64,000 nucleotides of DNA from positions 1 through 64,000 of the forward strand of contig JBLDXI010000103.1 of the NCBI GenBank assembly GCA_047495785.1, given 5' to 3'. Made by a program: the position numbers and the translations under genes. The stretch's first letter is position 1, and each line of letters starts with the position of its first letter. Of the stretch, positions 50,501 to 62,843 are shown piece by piece. The notes beneath the pieces are model-generated. The model saw only the letters and a program-made list of their open reading frames with translations. It was not told where the DNA came from and did not search any database. Source of the DNA: Lepidodermella squamata (lineage: Eukaryota > Animalia > Gastrotricha).

Positions 50501-51716
50501 ATGAAAGTTACTGTCCTAGTATTCTGTGGCTTAGCCATTGCAGTTTTATCGAATCGACAAGTCTCTGGACAAAGCGATGGAGTTCACAGGCTGTTTTCAC
50601 ATTGGAATGCAACCAGGACGCAGTTTTACATTGGTGGACCCAGTAGGCGAATCGCCCCGCGTCGACCGGGTGAGTGGCTAGATGCATTCTCAAAAGATTA
50701 CTGCGGCTTCGGTAACCTGAACCAACAACTACGGATCGTCGGTGGTTCAGATGCAAATATCTACGACTACCCTTACAATGTGTTACTCAAGTAAGACATC
50801 GTGGAAATCTCTAAACCCTGCAACTATGCCGTCATTTTCACTTTTCATAGAACTTTAAGTCATAAAGGAAAAACGTTTACTTGTGGGGGTGCATTATTAG
50901 ATCGCGAATGGATACTAACAGCGGCACATTGTGTTGAAACTTCGAGAGCCCTAGCCTACCTAGGCGCTCAGTACCAGTCAATTGACCGTCTGAGGCCTTC
51001 ATCGGCCGATGGCAAAGCTGTTGTGCCAAGAAACGTTAACCGCATATTTCGACATCCAAATTACAAGCCATACGATACGGATTATGACTATGCCTTGCTT
51101 AGAATAGGTAACGCGAAATCACATTTTGAAATAAGAGTTTAAATAATTTCTGAGTAGAACCATTAGCGGAGTATACGGACTATTACTCACCGATATGCAT
51201 GTTCGAACGAGGAACGCCTAGCTTCGCAGGAGTGCTTGTAGTAGCAACAGGTTTTGGCCAGCGTGGAGCAGAAAATAAATCGAGCGAAAGGTTACAAAAG
51301 CTCTCGCGGAATGTAATGTCTAACGAGGTAAGCAACATAACTGCTGTATATCGCAATTTGATGTTTTCATTATTTTCAGGATTGCGTTTCCTTTTACGGA
51401 AACATTAACAAAGAATCAGTAAGTTTTAGTCACGCTCCATTCTTGTTCACCCCGATTCTATTCGAAGATGGTTTGCATTAACTCATACTCTGGCCGTGGG
51501 ATTTGTGGCGGAGATTCGGGCGGCCCATGGGCAACAGTCGCTGAGCCATTCTCAGGATCAGGAAAACGTTCTACCTTAGTTGCATTGACCAGTTTGGGCC
51601 CACGGGAGTGCGGCAGCCGGCCAGATGTTGGCGCGCGAATGACAGATAGCATTATTTCCTGGATCAAGGGAGTCGTTTCCAAGAACAACAATCAGTGGTC
51701 CAGACTTCATTGGTGA
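50501..51716 (+). CDS. S1 serine protease with non-trypsin S1 pocket (multi-exon)
   Basis: Signal peptide, R|IVGG, TAAHC, DYDYALL, GRGICGGDSGGP. Confidence 0.93.
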
Positions 51717-52483
51717 AGCTCTTTCGGTTGTTTTTTTGCTTGGAAGGAAATAACATTGCATAAAAATATACTGTGAGTGTTTTGTTAACAGACACATCTC
51801 TTCTTGAGATCAAAATTGTACAAACATGTATGCCACACGTCAATAAGGTTTACTTGATAGTAAAATGAAATCGTCAGGCTTTGGAACTTTAAACAATTCA
51901 AACGACCAGTTCTTCGGTCCTTGTGAGTAAATGCTATCTGACCTGGGTAAGAAAGAAACTTTGCGCAGTGGTTTTGATTGTTTTCTCCCCCGAATGATTC
52001 TCGAATGATGTTAAGTTGTCATATTTGTAGTTTGAATAGACCTTAATACCATTGATAGCATATGATTTCATTGTTGAGCCATTATCGACAGTGTGCGCAG
52101 TAGGATCATGTAACTGATGTGTTTTACAGTACCCAGTCGAAAAACCCAAAGCCCAAAGGTTCCCACGAGTTGTTTTTTCACCAGCCCTCTGTTTGGAATA
52201 CCGGAGCTGGGGTTTCGCGACACTTCAGCACACATGGATCGTTCTTTGTCGAACGCGGCATCGCTTACCTGGATTCATTTCATCGAACTGTCTACAGGCT
52301 CTCGACGGCCAATGAAAGTGCGGGAAGCCATGTTCGCTTCATTGATTTCAAAAATTATGATCTTGGGACATAAAGGATGTTTATTACTTGTCTAGACATG
52401 CGAATGCTGTTGTCAGTACTTATGGAGCGCCAATATAACACTATTCGCCTCGAGAACTCTCAAATATTTTAAGATTCCAACTC

Positions 52484-52796
52484 ATGGAAATTTTGAGTTG
52501 CTGTTGTTGCGGTTGTTGCTCGATACTTATGTATTGCGTGGCTGTATCGTGCTGTGAATCGTCTCAAGCTGCAGACAGTGATTCCGATGATGAATCGAGC
52601 GTCGATGCTCAAGAGGAATTGAAACCGGAAGAATACTCTGGTAGAGGCCTCTACACAGATGACTGGGATCTTTATCGCATCAATGAAAACGCTGAATTCT
52701 TGCAAGTTTTTCATCCCCTTTTGTTTTCCCCTATCAAGTAACACCGATTATAATTGCAGGCCAGGGTATCAGCAAGAATTCGTCATACGAAGTTAG
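52484..52796 (+). CDS. Family-B peptide, copy B (84 aa; GC-AG intron 52702-52759)
   Basis: MEILSCCCCGCCSILMYCVAVSCC, VDAQEELKPEEYSGR, C-terminus PGYQQEFVIRS*. Confidence 0.55.
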
Positions 52797-53059
52797 GGAA
52801 TGGAGAAGCTCGGAACGTAGAAGGAGCAGAGCGTTAATCGTGAAAATACAGATATCATTCCGATGCTATGAATAAGATCGATGGGCAATCAATGAAAAGC
52901 GGATTTATGACCGCTCTATTTTTCTTCAAATCGATCTCTCCAAAGGGCTCGTTTCTAGACAGACGCCTTATGAGGCTCATTGCGAAATTTAAAATCTGGC
53001 TTCATTTGGGCTGATTTGGTCCAGACTCTCGTTATATTTCCGAGCCAAGTACAACAATT

Positions 53060-53223
53060 ACCCATGGGCAGCAGTTGCCGAGACATTTCCCGGAGCAGGG
53101 AAACGATCTACCTTAGTTGCATAGACCAGTTAGGGCTCAGAGGATTGCGCCAGCAAGCAGCTGTTGGCGCGCGGATGACAGATAGCGTTATTTCCCGGAT
53201 CAAGGGAGTCGTTTCCAAGAACA
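53060..53223 (+). pseudogene. Decayed duplicate of the protease last exon (51525-51688)
   Basis: PWAAVAETFPGAGKRSTLVA* ... VGARMTDSVISRIKGVVSKN. Confidence 0.85.
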
Positions 53224-53558
53224 CCAGCTTATTTTGGTTTTTATGTAATTATTTTTGCGCGGCAAGGATATTTACCAAATGGTTCGCCCAGCGTAGTATC
53301 GCTTGCCTAGATTCATTTCATCGAAATGTGTATACAGGTATGAAATCCTTAATTCACTGCAAATGAAAGTGAGGCATAAAGCACTTCATTGTTTTCGAAA
53401 GTTATGATTCTAGGACAATAATAACATGGATTATACAGCATGTCTAGACGTGCGGTATAATTTTCTCGGTATTTATGGAGCACTACCAATAAAAAAGACT
53501 TATTGGTAATATTTTTTCTGTACAAATTCTCAAATATTTGCAATTCAAACCAAGAGTC

Positions 53559-53877
53559 ATGCATTTTATGGGTGTTTTTTGTCTCTCGATCCTTACGTTT
53601 TCCGCGGCTGTATCGTGCTGCCGACCGTGCCGTGCCACAGAGATTCCATCATTAAATTTCGACGAGGACATGCTTGTCGACGATCAAGAATTGAAACCGG
53701 ACGAATACCCTGGTAGAAGCATCAAAACCAATGACTGGGATCCTAATCCCATCCACGAAAAAGGTCAAAAAGGAGAATTCGTGTAAGTTTCTTGCCTTTA
53801 TTATTTATTATTATTCCCTACCAAGTACCACCGATTACAATTGCAGGGCAGGGCATCAACAAGAATTTGCTCTCTGA
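53559..53877 (+). CDS. Family-B peptide, copy C (84 aa; exons 53559-53782, 53847-53877)
   Basis: VDDQELKPDEYPGR; C-terminus VAGHQQEFAL*; same intron phase as copies A and B. Confidence 0.6.
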
Positions 53878-54754
53878 AGTTTGAGAAAAGAGAAGCTTTG
53901 ACCGGAACAGAGCGTTTATCGTGAAAATAAAGATCTGACGAATTCATTTCGACACGCAATTTTCAAAATCGATGAAAATTACATTTACTATTGTTTCATC
54001 CCATCAACCTCTCCAAATGGCTCGGTACCAGTCAGAAGCTGTACCAGGGTCATTCAGAAAGGAATCCCACTTCATTCGTGTTAGCCCAGACTCTCGCTAT
54101 ACTTCCGAGCCGGATACAATAAAAATAAGCCTTGTCAATTGAGTCTAGAGACGTTCGAATATCTATTTCCAGGAGCCAGGGGGATCCCTACATTCTGCTC
54201 GATGAAAACAGGTGGTGAGAGAAGTTCAATCAATCAACGATTGATGCGGGCTGCTGGGACAAAAGCATGCCTCATGCCTCATTAACTAGCCCTGGAAAAG
54301 CTGACTATTTAGGGCATCAAGTCCGTTGACAACAACAAAGAAATGCTCTGTCGATTATTTGAAATTACGCCGATTAGACAAAATACACGGAATTAGGTTA
54401 TTTATAACGTGAACTTTAATCAATTCCAGATTGCAACGCAAACTCTGCGAAACAAGCGAAACGAGCGTCTCCCAGACAGCTGCTTTGCGGTAATTAGTTG
54501 AACATCTCGCAAGGCGAGGTGAGTGCATAAGAGTCGCATTTTTCATGATTTTGCCTCTCGTGTTTCTTTCTACCTGACAATTTTTGCTACTGATTTAATC
54601 AATGTTAAAATGTAAATGATGTTAACCCCGCGTAATAATTGCCGTTCACTCTCAGGTATTATATTATTTGAAACCTGATCTTTAGTCCAAAAAGGCCTTT
54701 TCCCAGCGCGAAGTCTAGCCTTCGCCTAAGTTTATCACTAGTTCAAAATTGTTA

Positions 54755-57115
54755 ATGGATTCTACTTCGATTCTTGCAGCGCTGCTCGTGACTGCCGGGC
54801 TTAGCTATGGCCTGGCAAAGCCTTATAAAGTGAACGCATTGTACATAGCCCCTAATGGTCTGGTTAAGAACAGCTCGTTTCAGGTCGTAACCCAATACGT
54901 CATTGATTACGTCAACAAAAGGAGCGATATTCTACCGGATTACGAACTACAGCTGACAATTGGCGATGAAGGCAACGGCGGGATTTTATCTGCTCGTCAC
55001 GTCATCGACTATTACAGCAGAAGCTTTTCTACCTCGTCCTACAAGTCGCCAGTGATATTGGGCCCTAATACCTCGAATGGATGTAAAGCAGCTGGAGCCC
55101 TGCTGGTTCATCTTAACCTAGTTGAGTTGAGCACTTTCTGCGCTGCCGCTTTCCTTACGGACAGGACGAGATACCGAAACCTATACCTCATGTACTCGAC
55201 AGGCAAAGTTTTAGCTGTTGGAATCGTTCGTTTTGTCAAGGATGTTGGAAAATGGTCCAGAATTGCCATTTTAGCCGATGCAACTAATACAAATTCATTT
55301 TCTACGGCAATCACGGTTAATTCATTTGCTATTTCTGCTGGGGTCGATGTTCCCATCTTCGATGCCGATATTGAGATGAGTTCGGACAAAGTATTGAACT
55401 TGAAGAAGTTGGATATTCGAATTTTCGTTCTATTCGCATTTTCAACAAACAAAATAATAACTTGGAGTCTGATTTGCAACTTGGCGAAGCATGGAATGAT
55501 TGGGCCAAGGTACTTCATTATCACAAACACGAACTATCAAGACTTTACCGAAGCCCCTGAAGAGCCTTATCCAGGTTGCAAAAGGGCAGTTTTTGCTGAA
55601 GCTTTGAAGTATCTAGTTTTCATCAACCAGCAACGATACGATGAATTTCTGCCAACTAAGTCATCATTTGGGCATTCATTCTCAGAGTTTGAAGCTGCGA
55701 TTAGAGCCGTACAGCCTGAAGTGAAGTCTTATTCCGATTATCTATTCAGCTTTACGTATTACGACACGCTACTTCGAGGGGTTATGGCTCTAAATGAAAC
55801 GGAAATTCGGCTGAAAGCTCGGAATCTGACCCTAAGAGATTACGAGCAGAATCAGAAGCTTGTCATGGAAACTGCCAATGAAACACTGTATAATTTGAAG
55901 GCTTTCGGGCTTCGAGTCGGAGCTATGTTCTATGGAAGTACTGGAGAGACTGAAAATAATGTGGTATCAATCGGTCATTTCTCCCCCAACTTCGGATTTC
56001 GAAACGTTCTATCAGTTCGGTTGAAACAAGAAGCTACTGATTCGAATTACACTTCGCATGAGACAGTGAGAGTTGGGCCATACGACTACAAGTTTCTAAC
56101 TGGCAGTCCACCTAGGGATCAAAGGGAGTACGTTAACATCACTTTGCAACCCTCAGTGGGAGTTCAAATCACCGTGACTTTCCTCGCTTCCGTGCTTTCT
56201 TTAACGCAATTCGTGATGATCGCAATTTTCAGCGCGGCTCTGATTAGGGCAAACATCGGAGATGAGCACGACCTGCTTATCAAATCAGTTGGATTAGCTA
56301 CATGCGTGATTTTCAACATTTCTGCGTCTATTTTTGCGTGGCGCGTTGGCGATTCTCTGTCAGAAGCACGTTCTCTTTGGATATTTAATTTTGTAATAAT
56401 TGTCTTCGGCACCTCCGGACATTTCGCTCTCACGTCTTTTCGAGCTACATTTCTCTACAAAGAACTGACTATAAAACAAAACTTGAGAAGGGAAAGATCG
56501 GCAAGAAGAAGCGTTTTGGTGATTCAAGGTCGTCAAAGTGTTGCTGAACTGCCTCAAATCTTGAAAATCAATCACAAGCGGATACGAAAAAAGAGTCTGA
56601 TTGCCTCGGCTTTCTTTGTTCTGATGAATATGGCTGTCTTATCAATTTGGCTTACGATTCACCGAATTGATTGCGTAAATGAATTGCACGACGTTTACGA
56701 AGATCAAGAAAGGGATTTAATGATTCAAGACGTTTTATTGAATTGCAACGTTGAAAGGTTCAACATTCTTTGCGGGTTGATTTTGGCCTTGCAATTTCTA
56801 GTCTTGTTAATGGGAGCTTATTCCGCCTATAAAACGTTCAAAGAAGTCACAGTCGGAATTGGAAAACAAACTTTGTCTAAAGAAGTAGCTTTCAACCGTG
56901 TCGGCATGGCAAATGCATTGACAATCCTCCTCGCGTCCGTTTTCATTGTTACAGCTCTGAGTGGGGATTCGATTTCGCAACGTGTTGCCATCGCTTTTGT
57001 CAGCTTGTTTCAATCGCTATTGTCAACTTTGATCTGGATTATTCCGATTTTGATGAGGCAGCATTGGCAGCAATATTTGATTCCTAGAGTTGTAAAATCT
57101 TCAATTTCTTCGTGA
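54755..57115 (+). CDS. Intronless class C GPCR, GABA-B-receptor-like, paralogue of 38975-41302
   Basis: Colinear with the first receptor; Venus flytrap domain strongly similar; seven TM segments. Confidence 0.88.
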   Translation: MDSTSILAALLVTAGLSYGLAKPYKVNALYIAPNGLVKNSSFQVVTQYVIDYVNKRSDILPDYELQLTIGDEGNGGILSARHVIDYYSRSFSTSSYKSPVILGPNTSNGCKAAGALLVHLNLVELSTFCAAAFLTDRTRYRNLYLMYSTGKVLAVGIVRFVKDVGKWSRIAILADATNTNSFSTAITVNSFAISAGVDVPIFDADIEMSSDKVLNLKKLDIRIFVLFAFSTNKIITWSLICNLAKHGMIGPRYFIITNTNYQDFTEAPEEPYPGCKRAVFAEALKYLVFINQQRYDEFLPTKSSFGHSFSEFEAAIRAVQPEVKSYSDYLFSFTYYDTLLRGVMALNETEIRLKARNLTLRDYEQNQKLVMETANETLYNLKAFGLRVGAMFYGSTGETENNVVSIGHFSPNFGFRNVLSVRLKQEATDSNYTSHETVRVGPYDYKFLTGSPPRDQREYVNITLQPSVGVQITVTFLASVLSLTQFVMIAIFSAALIRANIGDEHDLLIKSVGLATCVIFNISASIFAWRVGDSLSEARSLWIFNFVIIVFGTSGHFALTSFRATFLYKELTIKQNLRRERSARRSVLVIQGRQSVAELPQILKINHKRIRKKSLIASAFFVLMNMAVLSIWLTIHRIDCVNELHDVYEDQERDLMIQDVLLNCNVERFNILCGLILALQFLVLLMGAYSAYKTFKEVTVGIGKQTLSKEVAFNRVGMANALTILLASVFIVTALSGDSISQRVAIAFVSLFQSLLSTLIWIIPILMRQHWQQYLIPRVVKSSISS

Positions 57116-57979
57116 TTCTTCGTGACTTCTCCATAGCAAAATTTCAAATGTATCTAAGTCTACGTACTCCGGTGAATGACTGTTGTGATTTCTTGATTTT
57201 GTCGTCGTCTACCGTCGTTCGAACTTCACTTTATTCGTTTCTATAATACAATTTACCTGTCCATTGTCACTGTTCGATATGAAATATAGCTATATATGCT
57301 TACTACTCACGTCGAGAAGTGAAAGTCAACATTAGACTGAATCGTGCAGGTTCAGCTTTCAGCCATCATCGAAGTTTTCGGAGTAAAAGAGCTTTCTATG
57401 ATTGCTGATTTCATCACTTATCTAACTAGGAACTAGGACGTTTAAGCGGCATCGCTAATGTTTTGTGCGATTTTTCGGCTCATTTCCCGTGCCATTGTTT
57501 TCAAATTTTATGCGGCTATCAGAAAACGCACTTCGATACAGAGTAAAAGTGTATTTACCTTACCGGCAGCGCAGTTACGCCGATCAATAGCCCGTAATTC
57601 TTGTCATTTCTAATGCGATATTTTCGCCGCAATGTTGTCTTTAGCTAATGAAAGTGTCAAAGAGGTCGTCACACGAGGCCGACTGTCAAATACACGCGAC
57701 GCTTTTTTTCACACCTCGCCTCAAAGCAATCATTCAAACTATATACCAGCAGACAGGTAAAAAACGAGCGGCTTTTAATTCAATAGATTCGATAGTTGAA
57801 TTATTTGCTCTTTTTTATTTATCTCTTCAAGACATTCAAGTGCCCTAATTTCGAACTATGACAGACATCTTTATTGGAAGGCGAAAGAGTGTGGCTAGCC
57901 ACATGTTCGAAGAAAATGTAATTCCATGTCTTTTTTTATTGAAATCCGATTTATCTTCCCATCTCTTTGCCAGGTGAAA

Positions 57980-58795
57980 ATGCAAGAACTGCTCCGGGAG
58001 CAGCTATTCGACGCTGTTTTCGAGAATAAGATCGAAGAAATTGAAGAGCTGCTGAATCGAGGAGTCGATGTTAACAATCCAGATGGGGATGGAATTACAC
58101 CACTAATGGTCGCGGTTCAAAGCCGGCAATCAGAAATCATCGAATACCTCTTAGAAAAGGCGAAAGCTGACATAGAAGCTCGGGATGGTATCGGAAGGAC
58201 TGCTTTAATCTGGGCTGTGAAGCTCAACTTTATTGATATTGTAAAACAACTGGTTGAAAGAAAGATCCGATTTCATCAGGGCCATGTTCCGAGAAGAATT
58301 CGTCGATGCGACATTGACGGCAGTGACAAAAGCGGTAAAACTCCTTTGATGTATGCCGCGATTTTGGGAAATGTCGAAATTGCAAAATACCTCATAGCCA
58401 AGAATGCGTCGGTTCAAGCTGTGGATTCAGCTGGGAAAACAGCTCTCATGCACGCCGCTTCGAATTCTAGGCAGGAAATTGTTGAGCTTTTGCTGAAAAA
58501 TGGTGCCAGTTACCGGATCAATGATGGTTCCAGTGTAGATGGCTCGAATGCATTGGTGCAAGCTGCGAGGATTGGCGATGACAGAATGGTCGAGTTGCTG
58601 GTGAATCGAGGCTTGATGGATGTTAATGTCAGAGATACAGCGGGGCGATCTGCTCAAATGCTGGCTGCTGGGAACGGTCACGGTCGATTGAGTTCGAGGC
58701 TACTCGGATACAGAGCGCAATCCTGGCGTAGTACAGATGATGGGCGGACTACTAAGGACCTTGTACAAACTCGAGTTAGATTATTAAACCGATAA
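57980..58795 (+). CDS. Ankyrin-repeat protein (about 6-7 repeats; upstream exon possible)
   Basis: GITPLMVA, GRTALIWA, GKTPLMYA, GKTALMHA, GSNALVQA, GRSAQMLA; acceptor at 57973. Confidence 0.9.
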   Translation: MQELLREQLFDAVFENKIEEIEELLNRGVDVNNPDGDGITPLMVAVQSRQSEIIEYLLEKAKADIEARDGIGRTALIWAVKLNFIDIVKQLVERKIRFHQGHVPRRIRRCDIDGSDKSGKTPLMYAAILGNVEIAKYLIAKNASVQAVDSAGKTALMHAASNSRQEIVELLLKNGASYRINDGSSVDGSNALVQAARIGDDRMVELLVNRGLMDVNVRDTAGRSAQMLAAGNGHGRLSSRLLGYRAQSWRSTDDGRTTKDLVQTRVRLLNR

Positions 58796-60001
58796 AACAG
58801 GATTTATTTTATGAAAAGTTATTAAATAAATTAGAAAGCCCAAAAATCATCTGAGTGTCAGTTGCCTTTTTTATTTTTTAGCCTCGTCGTGAGTCATTAA
58901 CCCCGAAAAGCAAAGGATTGCTCTTCCAAGTATATTATACTTTATTTATATTTAGGGTTCTAGCAAGCCCTGGATTTATTCAAATTAAGGTTTCTATGAG
59001 TTTTTCGTCTTTGCTAGAATCTCATTTTTGAATCAATCACGGACATTTGACATTTGCGATATCAACTGACTTGAAATCCAAAGTCGATCAGCTTTCTACT
59101 CCGCCACTAGAGGCTGCTTATGTAGCTGAAGTTGAAAATCCTAGGTTCAACCTGATCAAAAACCGAAAAGAATCGGGACAAATTTGGTAGTCTCCTATTC
59201 AGTGGTCCAATTGCGACCTTTCTTTTGCACTTGGAGTTTGGTAACGCCTGATGGGTATACACTTTTGCTGGTAAGATTGCATGATTCCCAATTCTAAAAA
59301 ATCTGATTTCAGCTTTTTTGTGATAGAATTGTTGCCGACGATAGTTCTGATAACAATGTATATTTAATGAACCAGACTGCTTAAGTGTGGGCCGACGTTT
59401 TAATACTCCTTTTTGTCTGGCCCATTAACTAGTGTCAACAGCGAGTTTTCGATTAGCTTCTCTACAAAGCAATTTCAATCGATTGTCGGGTATTAAGGAA
59501 TTGCGCTAATAATAGATGTATTGATACACGATCTGTAGTCTCAGCGTGAACAGACTGCAAAAATAAAAAAGCTGATGAGTATGTAAGCTGTGGGCTGGTT
59601 ATGTTGTAATAACAAATTGCCGATGAACGCGCAGATGCTAGAAACAACACAACCGCGCTGCTGCCTGGTATGTAAAAACCAAACCCCGGTGGTGTTCCAA
59701 CAAAGTGAAAAGAACTATGGCGAAGATTAATACATACCAGCATCTCATGTATATAGGCGCGCGCATAATACGATAGATAGGCCTAATCGCGCGTAACAGC
59801 TAACGCACATGGCGCGTAATCTATTATTACAAAAAAATACGCGCTCGCATTATTTTGTGTTGCGCGCGCGGTCTTCGCCTATTTTTTGCGCCTGCACCCA
59901 AGCAACGGCCGGTTAACAACACGTGTTACAGCGGCGTATGCTCGTATATATCTATCTATCTATCTATCGCTAATCTACTCGCCGTCTATCAGCGCAAAAA
60001 A

Positions 60002-62843
60002 ATGGCGGGTAGCCTTCTCTGCGAGCTTTGCACCGGGGCTTCAGATTTGGCAGTGAGTCTATGCCTTCACCTATGGGCCCATAACTTTTTTACCTGTATC
60101 TGCGCCACGTTTTCAGCTTAAACAGCCGTTTGCCTTGGCAGAGATATATTTGCGCTATGCGTATAATTATTGATGCGCACTTGATCGAATGTCTTCAGCT
60201 ATAAGCTATACGTTGTTGCTAACTAAGCCCAAGGTTTAACCTCTTTATAATACAGGCATGCAATTATCCATCTGATTTTAGTCTAGCCTCTGGCACTTCA
60301 CCAGACTCAATTCATGCTATAAATTGATGACAAGCACCCTTTCGATTATTCTTCCTACTATGTTTAACAAATCCTTTTTCAGATTATAAATCATTTATTT
60401 TCAGTTTAGACACAAGATTTTATCGTTATCTTATGTGGGCGTATGGCGGTATGTCTCATCTCATTCCAGGGCGCATCGACTGGAATCTCACCGGAAAAAC
60501 CATCATAGTGAGTTTTCCTTGAATTTTCCCCTTTCTACTTTTTTTTAATTGTTGAAAATATCCATATTTGAAACTACTATAATAATGTTGGGGAATGCTA
60601 CAGTGATAGGGTTACTTTGTAGATTGTGATCTAAGCTAGGACAATATTGCCCACCCCTATTTTGTGGATTTTTGGCTCTAATTTACAATACTCATATATT
60701 AATTTCAATTTCAATTAATTTCAATTTCAAGCATTTTTGCACAAGGATAATGCCAATAGAGTTTTCTAATACCTTTCAACTACTGCCGAGGACCGTAAGC
60801 TGGTTGAGGCATATTTTGTAAGAATGTATGACATGCCGCTACGACTTTTTTCTGCTAATAATAGACGTCCTATGTAAGGATAATCCCATAATAACCTGAA
60901 TTTAACAGAAATAATTCTTTGATCGAGTATCGATACCCTTCAGAGAAATATTAGGAAACATCTTTGCTAGTATACTTTTGGCTTGAAGCCACGTTAAACC
61001 ACGTTCAATTTATACCAATTTCCCCATTTTTCATTTTTAAACTCAGATTACTGGCGCCAATACTGGTTTAGGAAAAGCAACCGCCTTAGAATTGGCTCGA
61101 ATGGGCATGCGGCGGCTTATTCTGGCGTGTAAGAACGTCGGCGCTGGGGAAGCTACTGCCTGCGAAATCCGTGAACTCGCGGGCGGTTTGGCGGCGGACG
61201 TAGTCGCTGTGCGACAACTCGATCTTTCTTCGGTTGAATCTATCCGGAAATTCGCTCATGATATCAACGCGAACGAGCCAGAGCTCCATATTCTCATCAA
61301 CAATGCTGGCTATTTCGGGGGCAGTATTACTGACAAGCGGACTTCTATCGACGGTGTTGAGCTGCATTTTGCCGTTAATTACCTTGGCAGTTATCTACTG
61401 ACCTTGCTACTCCTGGATTTGCTGAAAAGGAGCTCACCTAGCCGCATTATCAACGTAACAACTAGCGGCTTTTGGCTTCGATTAGCAAAGAAGCGCGGTT
61501 TCAGGCGAGACGATCCCAACTTTGACCGCGCTCCAGGTAGCTTTCATACTAACCTAATCCTATTAAGTTAGAGGAACTGAAACAGTCGATTAATAGGCAA
61601 AATTGGGTTTGAGATGGCTTCTTGATCTAGGGAATTAGGGATTTGTCCAATTTCATCCGGATTCCGGATTCCGAGAATTGTTTTTAAAATGCCAATAATT
61701 TTCTAGGCGACTATACTCCTGTGCAAGCGTATGCACTCTCGAAACTCGCCAATATTCTATTCACGCGAACACTCCACCGCCATTTGCATCCGGTTGTGTT
61801 AGATGACGGATCGTTCGAAGAACTCGACTATCAACTGGCAGCTATGTTGCCAACGTCGCTATCTTATGAGCCAATCAAAGACTTCACTCAAAGTGCGCCG
61901 AAATTCAGGAAAAACTCATCGACTCCTGTGTTATCTACTACTGCTGAAAGATGCGGTCATTTCGTTTCTTTCGATGAGCAAGGTAAGAATCTGAAATGTG
62001 AAATAAATACCTTAGACACAGAAGTCATAATCCTTTGCCACTCGTCAACCTGGAGTTATGTTATTACAATAGTGCATACCTTAGACACAATTAAAGTTTC
62101 ATCATCCCTTACATAAGCTATAAGCCATCTTACATACCTTGGACAAAAAATGATCTGAAAAGAGGTCAAATGTGACCTCATTAAGTCAACTCATTTCAAA
62201 ATTGAGTTTGATCAATTTCATTTATTAGGCGATCGAGCCGATGTCAGGTCGACTTCTTCTGGCGCCAGTTTAACCTCGACCCAAACAGCCCCACCCATCG
62301 TTTCAGCCATGCGCAAGCCCGGCTCCGGGCGACAACGGTTTTCAATCGCAAGTTCTCTGCCTCGCCCAAGCGTCGGTTTCAGCCCGGTACCAGAAAATCA
62401 CGAAACAGGCAGTGATTCGATGAGCATATCTAGCCGTACCCGAGCGAGGCGAAGTGAACCTACCGTAGTTTCTGTCTTCGCTGTGAGCCCGGGTACTTTC
62501 ATGGAGACCGACCTCTATCGACATTTATCTCCGTCTCGAAAGAGACTTATGAAGCCTTTCATTAAAACGGCAGAGATCGGAGCCATCATGATTGGGTACT
62601 GCGCATCGGCTAGCGGGATTGAAAATTTATCCGGCAAATATTTCGTGTAATTTGTTCGATTTCTATTAATACTTCGTATTTTTATTGTGGCAAAATTTTA
62701 ACAGGAAATGCCATCCAGTGGAACCAGCCGGAGCCGGTACTAACGATGCTTTGGCTCAAAAGTTGTGGCAGCTCTCAGCGAAAATGGTAGACATCATCAC
62801 GTATCGAAAGCTGAATCCTAGTCGCAGATCATCGAAATTATGA
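60002..62843 (+). CDS. Short-chain dehydrogenase/reductase, RDH11-14-like, with long internal insert (5' exons uncertain)
   Basis: LTGKTII|ITGANTGLGKATA, LDLSS, LINNAG, FAVNYLG, YALSK, VSPG, SGKYF, AQKLWQLSAKMV. Confidence 0.88.
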
